Positions 17,804-29,307 of a stretch of 64,000 nucleotides of DNA are shown piece by piece. Every line of letters begins with the position of its first letter. Position 1 is the first letter of the stretch. This DNA is from Myxococcales bacterium (GTDB lineage: Bacteria; Myxococcota_A; Polyangia; Polyangiales; Houyiibacteriaceae): assembly GCA_012744445.1 (NCBI GenBank), contig JAAYBZ010000200.1:3745-67744 (forward strand), read 5' to 3'. The translations under genes were made by a program, and so were the position numbers. The notes beneath the pieces are model-generated. The model saw nothing but the letters and a program-made list of their open reading frames with translations, was not told the origin of the DNA and ran no database searches.

Positions 17804-18973
17804 CTAGACGCGCCGCACCTCGGCGAGCACCTCGCGGAGGATGCGGAGGGCCTCGTCGATCTCCGCGTCCGTCGAGTCGAGGCGCGGCATGAGGCGGATC
17901 GTCGAGGGCGGGATCGGGTTCACGATCAGCCCCGCCTCGATCGCGCGGGCCGCGAAGTCACGCGCCGCGACGCCCGGGAGGTCGATCGCCTGGAGGAGGC
18001 CGCGCGCGCGGACCTCACCGCCCACCTCCGCCGCGATCGCGCGGAGCCCCGCTTCGAGGCGCGCGCCCGCCTCACGCACGCGGGCGAGGAACTCGGGTCT
18101 CCCCACCGCGTCCACGACGGCGAGCCCCACGGCAGAGAGGAGCGGATGGTTGGTGAACGTCCCGCCCTGCTCGCCGGGCTCGAAGCAGGAGACCTCCTCG
18201 CGGCAGAGCACCGCCGAGAGCGGCAGGCCGCCGCCGAGCCCCTTGCCGAGCGTGAGCACGTCGGGGCGGATCCCCTCGTGCTCGAAGGCGAAGAAGCGCC
18301 CCGTGCGCCCGCAGCCCGACTGCACCTCGTCGCAGATGAGCAGCACGCCGCGAGCTTCGGTCAGGCGCCGCACCTCGCGGAGGAAGCCCTCGGGCAGCAC
18401 GCGCACGCCGGCCTCGCCCAGCACGGGCTCGAGCATCACGGCCACCACGGACTCGTCGATCGCGGCCTCGAGCGCGGCGAGGTCACCGTAGGGCACATGG
18501 CGGAAGCCCTCGATCCGGGGCGCGTACATCTCGGCGAAGCCCGGCTTGCCGCTCGCCGCCATCATCGCGAGCGTGCGCCCGTGGAAGCTCCCCGTCGCCG
18601 TGACGACGACGTGCGCGCCGGCCCGGTGGAGCTTTCCCCATTTGCGCGCGAGCTTCACCGCGCCCTCGTTCGCCTCGGCGCCCGTGCAGGCGAAGAAGGC
18701 CCGCTCGAGGTCCGCGCGGCGCGTGAGCTCCGCGGCGAGCGCGCGCGAGGGCTCGTTGGGGATCGCGGCGCCGCTCTGGACGAGGCGCGCGGCCTGCGCG
18801 GCGAGCGCGTCGCGGACCACGGCCGGCGAGTGGCCGAGCGCGTTCACGGCCCACCCCTGCACGAAGTCGAGGAGGCGTCGCCCGCGATCGTCGATGAGAT
18901 ACGCGCCCTCGGCGCGCACGGCGACGAAGCCGGGGTCCTGGAAGGTGTTCATCAATCGGCTCTCTCGCGTCAT
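17804..18973 (-). CDS. Class III pyridoxal-phosphate aminotransferase (acetylornithine aminotransferase-like)
   Basis: 389 aa. FACTGAEANEGAVKLARK, LICDEVQSGCGRTG and the PLP-lysine context DVLTLGKGLGGG are typical of ArgD/class III aminotransferases. Confidence 0.9.
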   Translation of the reverse strand: MTRESRLMNTFQDPGFVAVRAEGAYLIDDRGRRLLDFVQGWAVNALGHSPAVVRDALAAQAARLVQSGAAIPNEPSRALAAELTRRADLERAFFACTGAEANEGAVKLARKWGKLHRAGAHVVVTATGSFHGRTLAMMAASGKPGFAEMYAPRIEGFRHVPYGDLAALEAAIDESVVAVMLEPVLGEAGVRVLPEGFLREVRRLTEARGVLLICDEVQSGCGRTGRFFAFEHEGIRPDVLTLGKGLGGGLPLSAVLCREEVSCFEPGEQGGTFTNHPLLSAVGLAVVDAVGRPEFLARVREAGARLEAGLRAIAAEVGGEVRARGLLQAIDLPGVAARDFAARAIEAGLIVNPIPPSTIRLMPRLDSTDAEIDEALRILREVLAEVRRV

Positions 18974-19183
18974 CGGGGGTCCCTCCTGAGGTCACCCCGG
19001 CGCGTACTCCCCGACCCTTCGCGAGAGACCGCCGAGGCGGCCTCTCGTGTCGCTTCACGCGCGCACGCGGACGCCGCCCAGGATGGAGCGCGTACGGATG
19101 CGGCGGCGGAGCGCAGTGGCCATGTCGCGCGATTGTAGCGGACGCAGAACGGCCGACGAGCGGAAAACGCAGCCCCCTCGCGC

Positions 19184-19828
19184 TCACGCCCGGATCAGCT
19201 CCATCGCGTGGTAGCGGAGGCCGTGCTCGGCGCTCTCGTTCGTGGAGACCACCTCGAAGCCGATCGCCTGGTACGCGCGGATGGCCGCGAGGTTGTCCGC
19301 GCTCACGTCGAGGCGGAACCGCCGGTGCCCGCGAGCGCGGAAGACGTCGACGGCGCGCTCGACGAGCGCCCGCCCGAGCCCCTGACCGCGGCGTGAGGGA
19401 TCGACCACGACGCGGCTGATGTAGATGGCGTCGTGCGCCACGGGCGGGAAGAGCGTCCGCGTGACGGGGAGGACCTCCTCGATCACCTCGGCGGCGTCGG
19501 CGCCCCCACCGAGCTCGTCGCAGAAGGCGATGAAGTCGGCCGCCCGGCACTCGGCGAGCGCGGGCCCCGGCAGGCCGAGGACGCACCCGACCGGCGCCTC
19601 GCCTTCGCCCTCGGAGAGGAGGAGCGCGCGGCCGAGGTAGAGCTCGGAGCTCGGGCGCGTCATCCACGACTCGATGATCTCGGCCGCCGCGGCCGAGTCG
19701 CCGAAGTACCAGTCGGCGAAGGGGTTGCTGGCTTGGTGGATCCAGGGCGTGAGCTTGGGACAGAGCCTTCGGAGCGTGATCTCGTCGAGCCGCTCCGCGT
19801 CACGGAGAACGAGGTTCATCGTCTCCAC
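19184..19828 (-). CDS. GNAT-family N-acetyltransferase
   Basis: Acetyl-CoA binding motif VVVDPSRRGQGLGRALVERAV, followed by AIRAYQAIGFEV. Confidence 0.8.
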   Translation of the reverse strand: METMNLVLRDAERLDEITLRRLCPKLTPWIHQASNPFADWYFGDSAAAAEIIESWMTRPSSELYLGRALLLSEGEGEAPVGCVLGLPGPALAECRAADFIAFCDELGGGADAAEVIEEVLPVTRTLFPPVAHDAIYISRVVVDPSRRGQGLGRALVERAVDVFRARGHRRFRLDVSADNLAAIRAYQAIGFEVVSTNESAEHGLRYHAMELIRA

Positions 19829-19882
19829 GCTAACGAGCGCGCGTCCTTCGCGTTAACGCGAGGCGCGGCGATCCCTAGGGGA

Positions 19883-21382
<1,500 letters not shown>

Positions 21383-21430
21383 GCGCCTCCGACTCCTAAC
21401 ACAGCCACGCGTCGAAGCACGAAGACGGGC

Positions 21431-23161
21431 TCAGCGGCCGCGCGCGCGCTCCACCGCGAGGCGCGCGCGCAGCTCGATCGAGGGCCCTGCGGGGCTGCCG
21501 TAGAGCTCGGCGAAGTGGAAGAGGCGCGGCATCTTCGCGAGGACGCGCGCGTACCGCGCCTCGAGCTCGTCGGCCGAGGGACGCGGGTGGGTGCGCTGCG
21601 TGAAACGGACGGGGTGGCGGGGCGAGCCGCGGAGGACGGAGTAGCGCCGTACGATCGCGGGGTTTCGCCCGAGCGCGTCGGCCCAGAGGCCATAGATTTC
21701 GCCCGAGACGATCTCGCGCTCGAAGATCGCGCGGATCGCCTCGTCGGGCACGGGCGCGCGCTCGTCGCCGCCGGTCCACTCGATCACCGCCGGCGTGAAG
21801 AGGCCGACGGTCTCGATCACGCCGATCGGCGAGAAATAGCCCACCATGCCGATGTCGCGGCCGAAGAACCACGTCTCCTCCTCGGGGCGCGACGACGCCT
21901 CGATCGCGACGAAGGTGAGGTCGATGAGGCCGAGGTGCTCGGGGTTCGCGTGCTCGAAGCCGGGCGGATCCTCGCGCCTCAGGAGCGCGAGCGCCGAGCG
22001 CCACTCCGCGGGCCGCTTGGGACGGACCCACTCGACGCCGCGCCCGTGAGTCTGGAACTCGTAGCGAGAGAAGCGCGAGTCGACGTGGAAGAGCCATCCC
22101 GCCGTGACGAGCGCGAGCGCGGCGACGGCGATGGAGACCCTCGGTGAGCGCGCGCGGACGCGCGGGTGGGCGAGCGCGAAGAGCCCGGCCGAGGCCACCA
22201 CCCACGAGGGGAGGAAGTGCCGCGCGTTCGGCATCCAGTCGAGCTCGACGCTCACGACGAAGAAGGCGTTGGCGAGGAAGACGGCGGGGACGAGGAGGCG
22301 CCGCGTCGTGCCGAAGGCCGCGACGGCCGCGGCCGCGCTCGCCGCCCAGAAGAGCTGCTCGACGATGGACGCGCCCTCCGAGAAGAGCGTCTCGAGGTGC
22401 GAGAGGACGAGGCCGTGCCCCTGCTTCGCGAAATAGGTGTGGGGCACGAAGTGGCCGTAGAGCGCGCGCCGGAGGAGCAAGAAGGCGCCATAGCTCGCGA
22501 TCACGATCGCGGCGGGCGCCGCGAAGCGCCGGAGCTTCGCCGCGAGCTCGTCGCGATCGCGCGGCAGGCGCACCGCGCCGAGGCCCACCGCGAGGAGCAG
22601 GAGCGGCGCCTCGGGGCGCGTGAGCGCGAGGGCTGCGCCGAGGAGGCCGAGCCCGAGCGCGCGGCCCAGCGACGGGGGGAGCTCGTCCACGCGGCGGACG
22701 AGCACGCCGAACCAGACGAGGAGCGCGAGGTAGAGCGGCGTCTCGAGGCCGTAGAGGCACCACGAGATCACGTAGGCGTTCGCGGCGAGGAGCGCGGTGG
22801 CGGCGGCCGCCCACACGGGCGAGAGCTCGAAGACCTCGCGCGTGAGGCGATGGACGCCCGTGAGGAGCGCGATCGTCGCGAGGAGCGCGGCGAGCTTGGT
22901 GGCGGTGATGCCGTCGAGGCCGAGGGCGATCCCCGCCGCCTGCACGAGCACCCATGAAAGGCTCGAGTAGCCCTCCACCCACTCGCCCGCGTTGTAGACG
23001 AGGCCCCGCCCCTCCACGAGGTTCTCGGCGTAGCGGAGCGTGATGAACGCGTCGTCGACGAGCCGTGGGAAGTAGAAAGCCACGTTCGCCGCCGCGAGCA
23101 CGGCGCTCAGGGCGAGGAGGCAACGCGACGCCAAGGTCTCGCGTTCGGGGGTGGGGTCCAT
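21431..23161 (-). CDS. Polytopic GT-C-type membrane glycosyltransferase-like protein (ArnT/PMT-like)
   Basis: Start chosen at MDPTPERE (alternative MESPGPG at 23227). N-terminal loop motif VDDAFITLRYAENLVEGRGLVYNAGEWVEGYSS (DD motif after TM1), followed by many TM helices and a soluble C-terminal domain. The family is assigned by architecture and recollection only. Confidence 0.65.
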   Translation of the reverse strand: MDPTPERETLASRCLLALSAVLAAANVAFYFPRLVDDAFITLRYAENLVEGRGLVYNAGEWVEGYSSLSWVLVQAAGIALGLDGITATKLAALLATIALLTGVHRLTREVFELSPVWAAAATALLAANAYVISWCLYGLETPLYLALLVWFGVLVRRVDELPPSLGRALGLGLLGAALALTRPEAPLLLLAVGLGAVRLPRDRDELAAKLRRFAAPAAIVIASYGAFLLLRRALYGHFVPHTYFAKQGHGLVLSHLETLFSEGASIVEQLFWAASAAAAVAAFGTTRRLLVPAVFLANAFFVVSVELDWMPNARHFLPSWVVASAGLFALAHPRVRARSPRVSIAVAALALVTAGWLFHVDSRFSRYEFQTHGRGVEWVRPKRPAEWRSALALLRREDPPGFEHANPEHLGLIDLTFVAIEASSRPEEETWFFGRDIGMVGYFSPIGVIETVGLFTPAVIEWTGGDERAPVPDEAIRAIFEREIVSGEIYGLWADALGRNPAIVRRYSVLRGSPRHPVRFTQRTHPRPSADELEARYARVLAKMPRLFHFAELYGSPAGPSIELRARLAVERARGR

Positions 23162-23341
23162 GGGTACGGGCGTACGGAGAAGGGGGCCGGCGCCGTGGGC
23201 GCGGCGCCCCGGTCCCGGGGACTCCATACCAGAGGCCCGCGGCGCTGGATACGTCGCGGCGGCCACGGCTCGCTTGACGAAGCGAGGACGAAGGCGCACG
23301 TCACCGGCGGCCTCGGGCCCTTCGCCCGACGGATCGCTTCG

Positions 23342-24256
23342 ATGGACAGCCTGCTCGTCGTCTTCGCCTCGTTCGTCGCGGGCGTCCTGCTCCGGCGCAG
23401 CCCCCGCGCGCCCAAGGACGCCCACCGCGCGCTGAACGCCTTCGTGCTCGACGTGGCGCTCCCCGCCGTCGTGCTCCGCGCCGTGCCGCGCCTCGCCTTC
23501 GACCTCTCGGTCGTGGGCGCGGCGTTGATGCCGTGGATCGTCTTCGCCCTCGCCGGCGCCCTCCTCTGGCCGCTCGGGCGCGCGCTCGGGTGGTCGACGC
23601 GGACCCGCGGCGCCCTGATCCTCACGGCGGGGCTCGGGAACACCTCCTTCGTGGGCTTCCCCATGGTCGAGGCGCTGATGGGGCCGGAGCACCTCCCGGT
23701 GGCGGTCGTGGTCGATCAGCTCGGCTCGTTCTTCGTGCTCTCGCTGCCGGGCATCGCGCTCGCCTTCGCGTGGTCGGGCGGCGCGGCGAGCCCCCCCGAG
23801 CTCCTCCGCCGCATCGTGCGCTTCCCGCCCTTCGTCGCGCTCGTGGCCGGGCTCGTCCTCCACCCCTTCGGGCTGCCCGAGGTCGTGGACCAGGCGCTCG
23901 GCCGCATCGGGAGCACGCTCACGCCGCTCGCGATGGCCTCGGTGGGCTTCCAGCTCCAGCTCGGCGAGCTCCGCAAGCGCGCGGGCGCGCTCTCGATCGG
24001 GCTCGCCTACAAGCTCGTCCTCGCGCCGCTGGCGATCGCGCTCGTCTACGTGCCGATCTTCGGCCTCACCGACGCCACGCGCGTGATCGTGCTCGAGGCC
24101 GCGATGGCGCCGATGGTCTCCGCCGGCATCGTCGCGCAGGAGCGCGACCTCGATCCGGAGATCGTCACGCTGATGCTCGGGGTGGGCATCCCGCTCTCGT
24201 TCTTCACCGTGACGATCGCGGCCTACCTCATGGGTGTGCCCGCCTTCGCGCCCTAG
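23342..24256 (+). CDS. AEC (auxin efflux carrier) family transporter
   Basis: Internal ATG (MDSLLVVFASF...). 304 aa with about 10 TM. NAFVLDVALPAVVL and GLGNTSFVGFPM are motifs typical of AEC permeases. Confidence 0.8.
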   Translation: MDSLLVVFASFVAGVLLRRSPRAPKDAHRALNAFVLDVALPAVVLRAVPRLAFDLSVVGAALMPWIVFALAGALLWPLGRALGWSTRTRGALILTAGLGNTSFVGFPMVEALMGPEHLPVAVVVDQLGSFFVLSLPGIALAFAWSGGAASPPELLRRIVRFPPFVALVAGLVLHPFGLPEVVDQALGRIGSTLTPLAMASVGFQLQLGELRKRAGALSIGLAYKLVLAPLAIALVYVPIFGLTDATRVIVLEAAMAPMVSAGIVAQERDLDPEIVTLMLGVGIPLSFFTVTIAAYLMGVPAFAP

Positions 24257-24259
24257 GGC

Positions 24260-25498
24260 TCAGCGACCCCGCGGCGAGGGACGGGCACCACCGCCGCCAC
24301 CACCACCACGGGACGCGCCTCCGCCGAACCCGCCGCCTCGGGACGCGCCTCCACCGAACCCGCCGCCGCGCGAGCCGCTGCTCACGCTGGGGCTCGGACC
24401 GCGCGAAGGCGAAGACCGCGGCGCCGAGTACCCTCCGCCTCGACTCGGCGAGGACGGGGCGACGCGCGGCGCCGAAGAAGCCCCCGGCGAGGGACGGCTC
24501 CCGCCGTGCACCACGCCGGATCGCGAGGCCGGGGCCGGCGCGACGGCCCGCGGCGCGGGCGAGGGCGAAGGACGGCCCGCCGCCGGATGCGAGGAGGGCG
24601 AGGGGCGGCCCACCGCCGTCGGATGCGAGGACGCGGGACGGCCCGCGACGACGCCGCCGCGATGCGCCGGGCCGCTCACGGTGGTGGAGCGCGGCGCCGG
24701 ACGAGCCACGGACGTGGGGTGCGGGGCCGGACGGCTCACGGCCGTGCGCGGCGAGGGCCGGCCCACCGTGCCGGGTCGCGGCGCGTGTTGCGGCGGCGGC
24801 CGATACGCGGGCGGCCGCCGATGCGGCGGGCGATGGCTGGGCGGCACGTAGCCCGCGTGGAAACGCGGCGTGAGCGGGTAGCGGTAGAAGTGGTACCGCG
24901 GCGAGTTCCAGAGCGGCGTCCAGCGCACGTACGCCGGATGCCGCCGCACGTGCCAATAGGCGTAGTAGGGGTGCCAGGTCGGGTAGAGGACGAGCGGCGC
25001 GGTCCAGACCGTGGTGGCGTACCAATACGTGGGCGCGGGCGGCGGCGTGTAGACCTCGATGACGCCCGGGCTCTGCACCTCCTCGACGGGTGTGGGAGCG
25101 TAGACGATCTCGTCGGTGCCGGGCGCGACCCAGCCGGCGCCGAAGAAGACCCACTTCTCGCCGTCCCACTCCCAGTGCGGGAGCACGAGCTCGTAGCCGG
25201 GCAGGTCGTAGACCCAGCTCCCCTCGCGCCACTCGTAGTGCTCCCCGGTCCAGACCCAGTGGCCGGGCAGCCAGGCGTACTCGCTCGCCGCGAGCGTGGC
25301 CTCGTCGGGCTGGGGCTCCTCGAGCGGCTCGGGGAACTCGGGATAGGGCGGGAGCCCCTCCACGTAGCCCGGGTTGGCCTCGGCGGGCGGCGCCCATTCG
25401 GGCACGAGGTCTTCTTGCGACTGCGCCTGGGCGCCCGAGGCGAGCCCCGCCGCCATCGCGATCCACCCCCCGGCCAGAACCCACACCTTCCACTTCAT
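24260..25498 (-). CDS. Secreted WXXGXW/YXWGXW-repeat protein with long Pro/Arg/Ser/Gly-rich disordered tail
   Basis: Real start is MKWKVWVLAGGWIAMAAGLASGAQA (signal peptide) inside the 824-aa track ORF. Repeats are GHWVWTGEHYEWREGSWV and PHWEWDGEKWVFFGAGWV. The C-terminal 200 aa are low complexity and end in SRGGGFGGGASRGGGFGGGASRGGGGGGG. Confidence 0.75.
   Translation of the reverse strand: MKWKVWVLAGGWIAMAAGLASGAQAQSQEDLVPEWAPPAEANPGYVEGLPPYPEFPEPLEEPQPDEATLAASEYAWLPGHWVWTGEHYEWREGSWVYDLPGYELVLPHWEWDGEKWVFFGAGWVAPGTDEIVYAPTPVEEVQSPGVIEVYTPPPAPTYWYATTVWTAPLVLYPTWHPYYAYWHVRRHPAYVRWTPLWNSPRYHFYRYPLTPRFHAGYVPPSHRPPHRRPPAYRPPPQHAPRPGTVGRPSPRTAVSRPAPHPTSVARPAPRSTTVSGPAHRGGVVAGRPASSHPTAVGRPSPSSHPAAGRPSPSPAPRAVAPAPASRSGVVHGGSRPSPGASSAPRVAPSSPSRGGGYSAPRSSPSRGPSPSVSSGSRGGGFGGGASRGGGFGGGASRGGGGGGGARPSPRGR
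24309..24368. repeat. Two tandem 30-bp units (1-2 mismatches) encoding the SRGGGFGGGA repeat
   Basis: cgggacgcgcctccgccgaacccgccgcct followed by cgggacgcgcctccaccgaacccgccgccg, read directly from the sequence. Confidence 0.85.
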
Positions 25499-25599
25499 CG
25501 GGTACTCCTCTCGCCCGCGCGCGCCGAGGCGGGCTCCGGCCGAACCGGGATCTCCTTCCAAGATAACACCGCGAACCTCCGAGACATTCCGAGCGCGCA

Positions 25600-26790
25600 T
25601 CAGAACCTCGCCGTGCCTCCGACGTAGCCGCCGAGCGTGAGCGCGCCCTTGCCCGTGGACACGTATTGGAGCTCGGGGAGGCCCACCTCGAGGCGGAAGG
25701 GGCCGGCCACCTGGACGTCGGCCACGAGGGCCACGCGCCCGGCGAAGGCCGCGCCCTTGTCGCCCGTCGTGGCCCCGTGGAGCCCCGCCTCGAGCGAGCC
25801 GCCGACGCGGAAGCGCTGCTTGGCCCCGAAGGGGGCCAGGTAGGCGCCGCCCACGAGGAGCGAGGCCGAGCCCGCCGCCCCGAAGCCGACCTCGAGCGCG
25901 CCGCGGATCTCGAGCGAGGGGAGCGCGGCGATGCGCCTGCCGCCGCGGAGCGTGATCGCGCCGATCACGCCGCCGCTCGCCCGATCGTCGTGGAGGACGA
26001 TGGGCCGCACGGCCACGCCCGCCTGCACCATGTTCGGCGCGAGGGGGGCCTGCGCCGGTGCTGCCGCCGCGGGCGCGGCCGGCGCGGCGGGCGCGTCCTG
26101 GGCCTCGACGGCGGGCGCGTCCTGGGCCTCGACGGCGGGCGCGTCCTGGGCCTCGACGGCGGGCTCCGGCTCGGGCTCGTCGACGTGGACGGCCTCTTCT
26201 TCGCGCTTCTGCGCCGCCTCGGCCGCGAGCGCGCGCGCCACGCGGTCGGGGCCCTCGAGCGCGTCGCGGGCGCCCTCGACCCCGCGGTCGTTCACCATCG
26301 AGAAGAGGACCTCGCGGAGCCGCTCGCTCTCGCGATCGCGGTGCACCTCGACCTCCATGCGCTCGAGGCGGGACCTGGGCGCCCAGAAGACCTGGAAGTC
26401 GACGGCGTAGCCCACGTCGAGCGGCCGGACGTGGGGCACCACGAGGTATTCGCCGCCGTGGAACTCGACGATGGCCCGCATCTCGTTGCTGTCGACGGGA
26501 GGCGGCACGTCGGCGACGCCGTGCTCGAAGAGGACGTCGTGGCCGAGGTCGCGGAGGGCCGTGGCGAGCGCGTCCTCCACGTGGTCGAGGAGCTCGACCT
26601 CGGCGCCTCCGCCGGGGGTGGGGACGGGCTGGTGCAGCACCACGCGATCGGCCCACGCCGCCTCCGGGACGAGGAGGAGCGCGACCAGGGCGTGAACGAA
26701 GAGGCCGGCGCGCGGACGGAAGTTCACGCCGCACCGGCCCAAATCACGGAAATCGCGGGAAGAGTTCATCGCGGAGACCCAATCCAGCAA
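25600..26790 (-). CDS. Putative secreted/outer-membrane protein with Gly/Ala-rich beta-strand C-terminal region ending in Phe
   Basis: Signal-like segment LFVHALVALLLVPEAAWA (alternative start MNSSRDF at 26769). Central acidic linker with PAVEAQDA x3. The C-terminal about 130 aa have alternating G/A/V/L strands ending ...GGYVGGTARF, a terminal Phe as in many OMP beta-barrels. No family recognised. Confidence 0.6.
   Translation of the reverse strand: MLDWVSAMNSSRDFRDLGRCGVNFRPRAGLFVHALVALLLVPEAAWADRVVLHQPVPTPGGGAEVELLDHVEDALATALRDLGHDVLFEHGVADVPPPVDSNEMRAIVEFHGGEYLVVPHVRPLDVGYAVDFQVFWAPRSRLERMEVEVHRDRESERLREVLFSMVNDRGVEGARDALEGPDRVARALAAEAAQKREEEAVHVDEPEPEPAVEAQDAPAVEAQDAPAVEAQDAPAAPAAPAAAAPAQAPLAPNMVQAGVAVRPIVLHDDRASGGVIGAITLRGGRRIAALPSLEIRGALEVGFGAAGSASLLVGGAYLAPFGAKQRFRVGGSLEAGLHGATTGDKGAAFAGRVALVADVQVAGPFRLEVGLPELQYVSTGKGALTLGGYVGGTARF
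26089..26160. repeat. Perfect 3 x 24-bp tandem repeat inside the CDS
   Basis: gggcgcgtcctgggcctcgacggc occurs three times head-to-tail (26089-26112, 26113-26136, 26137-26160). It encodes PAVEAQDA x3 on the minus strand. Confidence 0.95.
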
Positions 26791-26817
26791 GGATTGGGCC
26801 AGCGGCGCCCCGGAGGA

Positions 26818-27294
26818 TCAAGCGCCGAGACGCTCGAAGGCCTCGACGACCTCGGGCGGCGCCTGCACGAGCTCGATGAGCACGCCCGCGCCCCCGAGGG
26901 GCTTGTCCTCGTTGCCCTTGGGGTGGATGAAGCAGACGTCGAAGCCGGCCGCGCCCTTGCGGATGCCGCCCGGGGCGAAGCGCACGCCCTGGGCGTCGAG
27001 CCACTCCACGGCCTTGTGGATGTCGTCCACCCACAGGCCGATGTGGTTGAGCGCGGGCTGGTCGACGCGGGGCTTCTTCTCGGGGTCGATCGGCTGCATC
27101 AGGTCGACCTCGACGGCGAAGGGGCCGTGGCCGAGCTCGACGATGTCCTCGTCGACGTTCTCGCGCTCGCTCTTGAAGTTGCCCTTCACGCCGAGCCCGA
27201 ACGTGTCGACCCAGAGCTTGCGGAGCTCGCCCTTGTCGAGCGCGCCGATGGCGATCTGTTGGAGCCCGAGGACACGGAAAGGACGCTGACTCAT
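26818..27294 (-). CDS. VOC-family (glyoxalase/methylmalonyl-CoA epimerase-like) protein
   Basis: 158 aa. [25 protein letters not shown] and FIHPKG...GVLIELVQ are typical of the vicinal oxygen chelate fold. Confidence 0.8.
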   Translation of the reverse strand: MSQRPFRVLGLQQIAIGALDKGELRKLWVDTFGLGVKGNFKSERENVDEDIVELGHGPFAVEVDLMQPIDPEKKPRVDQPALNHIGLWVDDIHKAVEWLDAQGVRFAPGGIRKGAAGFDVCFIHPKGNEDKPLGGAGVLIELVQAPPEVVEAFERLGA

Positions 27295-27409
27295 GGAATT
27301 CTCCTCACGGTTCTGGGCGGCGATCGTCGCACATCATCCGGCTCCTCGCACGGCGTGGATCGGACGCGCGCCGCGCTGCTACGCTCCGTCGGTGAGCGAT
27401 GCACGCGTG

Positions 27410-28344
<935 letters not shown>

Positions 28345-28348
<4 letters not shown>

Positions 28349-29307
28349 GCCGCAGGTTCCGCCTCACGCGCGAAGGGCGCGTCTTCCTCGGGGCCACGCT
28401 CCTCGTGGGCGTCGCCGCCATCAACACCGGCAACAACCTGCTCTACCTCGTGCTGAGCCTCCTGCTCGGCCTGCTCCTGCTCTCGGGCGTCCTGAGCGAT
28501 CTCTCGCTCCTCGGGCTCCGCGCCCAGGTCTCGCTCCCCTCGCGCCTCGAGGTCGGGCGCGAGGCCTACGCCGAGGTGCACGTCACCAACGGCAAGCGGC
28601 GCCTCCGGAGCTTCTCGATCGTGGCGAGCCCGCGCTCGGGCGAGACCGCGCTCGGCGAGGCGCTCTTCCTCAAGCTCGAGCCCGGCGAGCGCGCGAGCGC
28701 GGTGGTGCGCTTCTCGCCCGGAAGGCGCGGCGAGCTCGTGGTGGGCTCCGTCGAGCTCCGCACGCAATATCCCTTCGCCCTCGTCGACAAGCGCCGGCGC
28801 GTGCGCGTGAGCGAGCGCGCGATCGTGCACCCCCGGAGCGCCGCGCACGGGGGGCCGACGCCCGCCGCCGACGCGCGCGAGACCTCGGCCCGCCTCGCGC
28901 GCGGCCGCGGCAGCGACGAGGTCTTCGGGCTCCGCGAGCTCAAGCCGGGCGAGGTCGCCGAGGACCTCCACTTCGTGCGGAGCGCGGCCCTCGGCCGCTG
29001 GGTGAAGCGCGAGCGCGGCGAGACGCTCGGCCCGGTGACGATGCTCGTCCTCGACGAGCGCCGCACCGACGATCCCGACTTCGACGCCCGCTTCGAGCGA
29101 TCCATCGAGGAGCTCGCCGGGCTCGCGCGGCGTCTCCACCAGATGGGCACGGGCGTCGGCCTCTCGACCTCGGCGCATCGGATCGCGCCCATCCCGCGCG
29201 ATCGGAGCCTCGTGCCCCTCCTCGACGTGCTCGCCACGATCGCGCCGCTCCCCTCGGACGCGCCTCCGCCGGGCACGGCGCCACGCCACGCGGAGGGGGC
29301 CCGATGA
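28345..29307 (+). CDS. DUF58-domain protein (MoxR partner)
   Basis: ATG overlaps the MoxR stop (ATGA). The N-terminal double-TM hairpin FLGATLLVGVAAINTGNNLLYLVLSLLLGLLLLSGVL is characteristic of DUF58 proteins. Canonical position between MoxR and the transglutaminase. Confidence 0.9.
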
